From NCBI GenBank assembly GCA_002343685.1, contig DDRS01000021.1, positions 38,283-102,282 of the forward strand: DNA of 64,000 nucleotides. Reading direction: 5' to 3'. Positions 58,881 to 64,000 of the stretch are shown here, one piece after another. The translations under genes and the position numbers were made by a program. Position 1 is the first letter of the stretch; each line of letters opens with the position of its first letter. Source of the stretch: Thiobacillus denitrificans. Lineage in GTDB: Bacteria > Pseudomonadota > Gammaproteobacteria > Burkholderiales > Thiobacillaceae. Under the pieces are notes generated by a model. It had not been told where the DNA came from. It saw only the letters and a program-made list of their open reading frames with translations, and searched no databases.

Positions 58881-59723
58881 ATGTCCCGCACACCCTCCGC
58901 TTCACGCGCCCGCACCCGTCGTATCGGTCTGCTTGGTCTGCTGCTCGCCACGGCACTCACGCCGGCCGGCATTCTGATAGGCACGGTCACCGCCGCTGCC
59001 CTGGTTGGGGGGCTGGCGCTCCACCTGGATCGCGCCAGACCCGCGCCGCCGGCTGCCATCGCGCCTCCCCTTGTCGCAAAGCAACGGCTGCAACCGCTCG
59101 CCATCGAACACAAGGGGGAAACTCTCTCGCTTGTCATGGCCGAGAGCGATTTTGCAGACGGCGGCAACCTGGACCCATTCATCCTCACCGGGCCGTCACC
59201 CGGCAATCCTGCCGGCAACGAGGCGGCGCCTGACCGTATGGAACACGGCATGCCGGGCCCAGACCGCGCGCCGGACGGCAAACCTGACAGAGCGCGTCCT
59301 TTGGCGCCGTCGCATCCACCATCGGGCGAACCCGCCGGCATCCCGCCCGGCGACGGATCCTTCTTTCCTGCAGGGAAGCCGCAAGGCAGCCCTGCCGTCC
59401 CGCCCCAGGCAAGCGGCCCCTCCAACCCACCTCCAGGCGGCCCGCACTCACCCGAGCATAACGGCCCGACCGGGGGACCCGATGCACCCGGGACCCCGAC
59501 ATCGCCCGACGATGCACCGGGCGGGAACATGCCGCCGAACCCGTTCCCAGTTGCCGATCCCGGTTCGTGGACGCCGCCCCAAACGGACACGCCCCTCGCC
59601 CCGCCGTCAGGCCAGCAAGCGGCGACCCAGCCTCATGCCGTACCGGAACCGTCGGTGATGGGATTGATGGCGCTCGGTATCGCCGCCCTGCTCTGGATGG
59701 GGCGCCGTCGGACGATGCCGTAG
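58881..59723 (+). CDS. Proline-rich PEP-CTERM protein
   Basis: C-terminus VPEPSVMGLMALGIAALLWMGRRR (PEP + TM + basic tail); hydrophobic N-terminus; P/G/S/D-rich body. Confidence 0.92.
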   Translation: MSRTPSASRARTRRIGLLGLLLATALTPAGILIGTVTAAALVGGLALHLDRARPAPPAAIAPPLVAKQRLQPLAIEHKGETLSLVMAESDFADGGNLDPFILTGPSPGNPAGNEAAPDRMEHGMPGPDRAPDGKPDRARPLAPSHPPSGEPAGIPPGDGSFFPAGKPQGSPAVPPQASGPSNPPPGGPHSPEHNGPTGGPDAPGTPTSPDDAPGGNMPPNPFPVADPGSWTPPQTDTPLAPPSGQQAATQPHAVPEPSVMGLMALGIAALLWMGRRRTMP

Positions 59724-59737
59724 GGGACAGCCGGATT

Positions 59738-60664
59738 CTAGACGCCTGCCGCCTGCTGGTCGGCGTGGTAACTTGAACGCACCATCGGCCCACAGGCGGC
59801 GTGCTTGAAGCCCATTGCCAGCGCTTCCTGCTCGAACTGGGCGAAGCGTTCTGGGGTGACGAAGCGCAGCACTGGCAGATGATGCTGTGAAGGCTGCAGA
59901 TATTGACCCAGCGTCAGCATGTCCACATCGTGTGCACGCAGATCGCGCATCACCTGCAGGATCTCGTCGTCGTCCTCGCCCAGCCCCAGCATGAGGCCGG
60001 ATTTGGTCGGGATGTCTGGATGGCGTGCCTTGAAATCCTGGAGCAATTTCAGCGAATGCGCATAATCCGCACCGGGACGCGCCGCCTTGTACAGGCGCGG
60101 CACGGTTTCCAGATTGTGGTTCATCACGTCGGGCGGGGCGGTGGCGAGCATGTCGAGCGCCTTGTCGAGCCGCCCGCGGAAATCCGGGGTCAGGATCTCG
60201 ATCCGCGTCGACGGCGAAGACTCACGCACGGCAGCGATGCACTGCGCAAAATGTTCGGCGCCGCCATCGCGCAAATCGTCGCGGTCGACACTGGTGATCA
60301 CTACGTATTTCAATGCCATCAGCGCAATCGTATCGGCCAGATGGCGCGGTTCGTCAACGTCTGGCGGCAGTGGCGTACCATGGCCGACGTCACAGAAAGG
60401 ACAGCGCCGCGTGCACAAGTCGCCGAGGATCATGAAGGTGGCGGTGCCATGGCCGAAGCATTCGCCCAGGTTGGGGCACGAGGCCTCTTCGCACACCGTG
60501 TGCAGCTTCGCCTCGCGCAGGATGCCCTTCAGCCGGGCCACGTTGGGCACGTTGGGCGACTTGGCGCGGATCCAGGACGGCAGCCGCATCCTGGGTTGCG
60601 GCACGATCTTGATCGGGATGCGCGCGGTCTTGGCTGCGCCTTTGTGCTGGAGAGGGTCTGCCAT
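59738..60664 (-). CDS. lipA: Lipoyl synthase
   Basis: [29 protein letters not shown]; start at ATG 60664. Confidence 0.97.
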   Translation of the reverse strand: MADPLQHKGAAKTARIPIKIVPQPRMRLPSWIRAKSPNVPNVARLKGILREAKLHTVCEEASCPNLGECFGHGTATFMILGDLCTRRCPFCDVGHGTPLPPDVDEPRHLADTIALMALKYVVITSVDRDDLRDGGAEHFAQCIAAVRESSPSTRIEILTPDFRGRLDKALDMLATAPPDVMNHNLETVPRLYKAARPGADYAHSLKLLQDFKARHPDIPTKSGLMLGLGEDDDEILQVMRDLRAHDVDMLTLGQYLQPSQHHLPVLRFVTPERFAQFEQEALAMGFKHAACGPMVRSSYHADQQAAGV

Positions 60665-60771
60665 GGTCTGAACATATCGGGAAATGCAATTCCCCGATTC
60701 TAGCCTATGCGTCCAACAACCCTGACCCTGCCGGCTGTATGGTGTGCACCATACCCGACTCGATCGGCAGT

Positions 60772-61080
60772 CTAGACTTCCACCCAGACCTGGCCGGCTT
60801 CTATTTTCACCGGATAGGTCCGGATCGGCTCGTCTGCGGGGTCGCAGGTGGGCTGACCGGTGGTGAGGTCGAAATAACTGCCGTGCAACGAGCACTTGAT
60901 CTTGCCGTCCTTGATACAGCCCAGGTACAGCGAGTAATCCTCGTGGCTGCACATCTCGTCGACAACGTAATGGGTGCCGCCGGCATTGCATAGCAGCAGC
61001 CGCTTGCCGTCGACAAGGACGCGCTTCATCTCGGCGGGTTTGAGCTCGTCGGCGGCGGCGATGGCAATGTATTCGCCCAT
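60772..61080 (-). CDS. Rieske [2Fe-2S] ferredoxin
   Basis: CSH...[11 protein letters not shown]ieske ligands. Confidence 0.92.
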   Translation of the reverse strand: MGEYIAIAAADELKPAEMKRVLVDGKRLLLCNAGGTHYVVDEMCSHEDYSLYLGCIKDGKIKCSLHGSYFDLTTGQPTCDPADEPIRTYPVKIEAGQVWVEV

Positions 61081-62195
61081 CACTTGACCCGTGTGACGGC
61101 CTTGCCGGAATCCAGCACGGCACGAATCTGCGCGGCTGCGTCGGCCACGCTGGCGGCCTTGCCGACGTGATGCAGGACAATCGAACCGGCCAGCACCAGC
61201 GAATCATAGGTCGCGCCCTTGTCGCCCTTGAGCGCCAGGATGCCCGCTTCGGCAGCGGCGTGCGCGGTGGCCTTGATGTCGATCGCGGCGACGATCTCGT
61301 CCTCGCCCGCTTCAGTGGCGACCGCGCCGGGCAGTGGCACCGCGCGTACCGGCTGATCGATGCCGAGCGCCACTGGATCGACCGTCGCTTCGATTTCGGC
61401 ATCCCGATCGTGATAGTGGAAATATTTGCCTGCCTGACGCAGCGACGGGATCACCCCGCCTTCGACGCCACGCACGATGCAGGCAGTGTCGAAGCCGGCC
61501 TCGCGCGCGAGATCGGCATACACCGGCGGATAAGGCTTGTGTACGTAGCCTGTGACGAAATGGGTCAGCTTGCGGCCCTGTATGGGCTTGGATAGCACTT
61601 CCACCGTAGTCAGTACCTGGCGCTTGATCATCTGTGCACGCAGCGTGGTGAGGTTGTGCAGACCGGGATTGGATTGCGCCTGGTCGATGTAGGTCCAGCC
61701 GAGGGTGGGATCGGCCAACCGCGCGGCTGCCTCCGTTGGCGTCAGGTTCACCGGTACGCCCGCCGCTTCCAGCACGTGACGCGCCGTCACGCCATATTTG
61801 GGCCCGACCTTGTCGAGGCCGTGGCTGACGACGTGCACGCCGAATTCGGCCAGCAAGGGGCCCAGGAAAGGCGCGGCAGGCAGGCAACGGTTGTAGCCGT
61901 CATAAGGATCGCCGATGTCGATCACTTCGTCGACATCGGCCGTGACGCGGCGGGTGGTTTCGAGTACGGCATCGAGCACGCCGCGATTTTCCTCCTGCGT
62001 CTCGCGTTTCATGCGCAGGGCGATGAAATAGATGCCGACCTGAATCGGGTCGATCACGTTGTCGATGATGGCCTTGGTGCCCAGATGCGCCTCGGTGCGG
62101 CTGATGTTCTTGGACAGATCCGGACCGGTGGCGATGCGCTGGATGATCGAGCGCATCAGGAGCTTGGGGTCGGACGGCAGCGTGTCGGTGCTCAT
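61080..62195 (-). CDS. Anthranilate phosphoribosyltransferase-like protein (TrpD2/YbiB/CnaT-like)
   Basis: [30 protein letters not shown]; lacks canonical TrpD GTGGD; GGAG RBS above ATG 62195. Confidence 0.8.
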   Translation of the reverse strand: MSTDTLPSDPKLLMRSIIQRIATGPDLSKNISRTEAHLGTKAIIDNVIDPIQVGIYFIALRMKRETQEENRGVLDAVLETTRRVTADVDEVIDIGDPYDGYNRCLPAAPFLGPLLAEFGVHVVSHGLDKVGPKYGVTARHVLEAAGVPVNLTPTEAAARLADPTLGWTYIDQAQSNPGLHNLTTLRAQMIKRQVLTTVEVLSKPIQGRKLTHFVTGYVHKPYPPVYADLAREAGFDTACIVRGVEGGVIPSLRQAGKYFHYHDRDAEIEATVDPVALGIDQPVRAVPLPGAVATEAGEDEIVAAIDIKATAHAAAEAGILALKGDKGATYDSLVLAGSIVLHHVGKAASVADAAAQIRAVLDSGKAVTRVK

Positions 62196-62212
62196 GAATA
62201 ACTCCATTAGAA

Positions 62213-62232
62213 GTTATAAGAATACTTATAAC
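62213..62232. promoter_or_regulatory. Perfect AT-rich palindrome, candidate operator
   Basis: GTTATAAG-AATA-CTTATAAC between lipB stop and TrpD-like start. Confidence 0.6.
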
Positions 62233-62244
62233 CAAGTAAATCAG

Positions 62245-62913
62245 TCAAGAATAGATCGTGTCCCGCAGGCAGCGGACAAGCGCCTGTCCGGCTTCGGCCG
62301 GAGACAATTTCACGCCGAGATCGCGACATTGCGTCACCCGCATCCCCGCGTAGCCACACGGGTTGATAGCGGCGAACGGACGCATATCCATGTCGACGTT
62401 GAACGCCAGGCCATGATACGTGCAGCCATGTCTGACGCGCAGGCCGAGGGCGGCTATTTTCGCACCCTCGACATACACGCCTGGCGCGCCTCCCAGACGG
62501 GCGGATGCCACGCCCTGCTCCGCCAGGAGGTTGATCACGGCCTGTTCCAGGCGTGTCACCAGCTCGCGGATGCCGTAGCCACGCCGCCGCAGGTCGATCA
62601 GCACGTAGACCACGACTTGTCCCGGCCCGTGATAGGTAATCTGCCCGCCGCGGTCGATCGGCACGACGGGAATGTCGGTCGCGGCGATCAGGTGCTCCGG
62701 CTTGCCGGCCTGACCCTGCGTGTAGACGGGTGAATGTTCAAGCAGCCAGATTTCGTCCGCAGCATCGGGCGCACGACGTGCGGTGAAAATCTGCATCGCT
62801 CGCCAGGTCGAAATATAGTCGACCTGCCCCAGGTCCCGGATCAGCACCTGACCGTCGGTCCCGCACCGCTCCTTCAGGGCGCCCCCCTTTGAATCCCGGT
62901 CTCTGGCAATCAC
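62245..62913 (-). CDS. lipB: Octanoyltransferase
   Basis: [42 protein letters not shown]; start uncertain. Confidence 0.95.
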   Translation of the reverse strand: MIARDRDSKGGALKERCGTDGQVLIRDLGQVDYISTWRAMQIFTARRAPDAADEIWLLEHSPVYTQGQAGKPEHLIAATDIPVVPIDRGGQITYHGPGQVVVYVLIDLRRRGYGIRELVTRLEQAVINLLAEQGVASARLGGAPGVYVEGAKIAALGLRVRHGCTYHGLAFNVDMDMRPFAAINPCGYAGMRVTQCRDLGVKLSPAEAGQALVRCLRDTIYS

Positions 62914-63176
62914 AGGGCCATCTTCACCCACGGATGGGCGGTGATTTCTCGATACAGCGCATCGAGCTGGGCTTTCGAGGTGGCGCGCACCACGCAGGTC
63001 ACCGACAGGTAGTTGCCGCTGCTGGATACGCGCATCTCGACGGTCTCGGCCTTGAAATCTGGCGCATGCCTCAGCACCAGTTCGACCATGGTCTGCGCAA
63101 AATCGTCGCGGCGTTCACCCATGATCTTGATGGGGAAGTCGGTGGGGAATTGCAGCAGGGTTTCCTGTTCGCTCAT
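62910..63176 (-). CDS. ybeD: YbeD/DUF493 family protein
   Basis: [24 protein letters not shown]; immediately upstream of lipB. Confidence 0.92.
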   Translation of the reverse strand: MSEQETLLQFPTDFPIKIMGERRDDFAQTMVELVLRHAPDFKAETVEMRVSSSGNYLSVTCVVRATSKAQLDALYREITAHPWVKMAL

Positions 63177-64000
63177 GACCGCATCACCTGTTGTTTGAAG
63201 ATCTGGTACAGCGCATCCATCCGCCGGGCCAGCGGCCCCGGCACGCCGGCGCCGACCGGCACGCCGTCCAGCACCACGATCGCCATGATCTCCTTGGTGG
63301 ACGAGGTCATCCAGAGTTCGTCCGCGCCACGCACCTCGGCTTCGGTAATCGCCCGCACCTCGTGCGGTATGTCGTGGGCAGCGGCGAGTTCCAGCACCAC
63401 GTCGTAGGTAATGCCGGTCAGCATCAGGCTGGACGGCGGCGGTGCCCGTAGCATGCCATCCTTGACCACAAAGATATTGCTTGCCGCCCCTTCGGTCAGC
63501 AGACCGTCGCGCAGCATCACGGTTTCGGCACAGCCCGCGTCCACCGCCTGCTGGCGCAGCAGGAGATTAGCCAGTAGCGAAATGGCCTTGATATTGCAGC
63601 GCAGCCAGCGGTTGTCGACCGCGCTGACGGCACAGACGCCGGCAGCCTTCTGCGCCGGCGTGGCCGTCACCAAAGGCTGCGCAAACATGAACACGGTCGG
63701 CGACACATCGGGTGGAAAGGCATGGTCGCGCAGAGGCTGTCCTTCGGCGGGCGTACCGCGCGTCACCTGGATATAGACCGACTGGTCGGCGAAATCCTGC
63801 CGCGCGATCAACTGCAGGATGCACTCACGCCACTCGGCCACGCTGTGCGGGTTGGCCAGACGGATTCCGTCGAGGCTGAACTGCAGGCGGCGCAGGTGCG
63901 CGTCGAGCCGGAAGGGTTTCCCCGAATACACCGGGACCAATTCGTAGACGCCGTCGCCGAATACAAAGCCACGGTCGAGCACCGACACCTTCGCCTCGGC
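63173..64000 (-). CDS. dat: D-amino acid aminotransferase (class IV PLP), 5' end outside window
   Basis: DRGFVFGDGVYE, IKAISLL, TEGAASN, LTGIT, SSTKE. Confidence 0.92.
   Translation of the reverse strand, partial: AEAKVSVLDRGFVFGDGVYELVPVYSGKPFRLDAHLRRLQFSLDGIRLANPHSVAEWRECILQLIARQDFADQSVYIQVTRGTPAEGQPLRDHAFPPDVSPTVFMFAQPLVTATPAQKAAGVCAVSAVDNRWLRCNIKAISLLANLLLRQQAVDAGCAETVMLRDGLLTEGAASNIFVVKDGMLRAPPPSSLMLTGITYDVVLELAAAHDIPHEVRAITEAEVRGADELWMTSSTKEIMAIVVLDGVPVGAGVPGPLARRMDALYQIFKQQVMRS

Noticed and set aside
203..62913. Functional link between the biotin and lipoate clusters flanking the EPS locus
   Set aside because: Both are ordinary housekeeping blocks about 55 kb apart with no shared regulatory signal seen; likely coincidence
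1..64000. CRISPR arrays, tRNA/rRNA, IS or integrase, DGR/retron elements
   Set aside because: No spaced direct repeats, cloverleaf, transposase, recombinase or reverse transcriptase motifs recognised by eye; short ncRNAs could have been missed

Overview
GC-rich betaproteobacterial chromosome segment; gene content and protein style suggest a Thiobacillus-like sulfur oxidiser (inference). Left end (203-9248): biotin operon (small membrane ORF-bioB-bioF-bioH-bioC-bioD, minus strand), divergent comF, a tandem-domain rhodanese, dgt and aroB. Centre (~9300-55700): a ~46 kb exosortase A / PEP-CTERM-linked exopolysaccharide locus. Its conserved core comprises Wza-like export, chain-length determinant, tyrosine kinase, OM barrel, ATPase, wecB, deacetylase, FemAB-like protein, xrtA, an amidotransferase and an O-ligase. 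Its large accessory 'decoration' arm has three sulfotransferases (one broken by an in-frame TGA), a GT2-membrane-sulfatase-fold fusion with Thr where sulfatases have Cys/Ser, a second asparagine-synthase homologue lacking the catalytic Cys, an MBOAT+SGNH pair, a CoA ligase, a pyruvyl transferase and a methyltransferase; the whole locus has about 13 glycosyltransferase domains. Right end: MazG-like NTPase, 2Fe-2S ferredoxin, hydrolase, NodI/NodJ-like ABC-2 exporter, a Pro-rich PEP-CTERM protein, and dat-ybeD-lipB-[TrpD-like, Rieske]-lipA. Reading the intergenic DNA shows several sigma-54 (-24/-12) promoters, three with a shared TGTCGA-N4-YCRACG upstream motif in helical phase, and a low-GC mosaic segment inside the OM barrel gene. 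No rRNA, tRNA, CRISPR array or IS element was seen. Family and TIGRFAM names are recalled from motifs and gene order, not from a database search.
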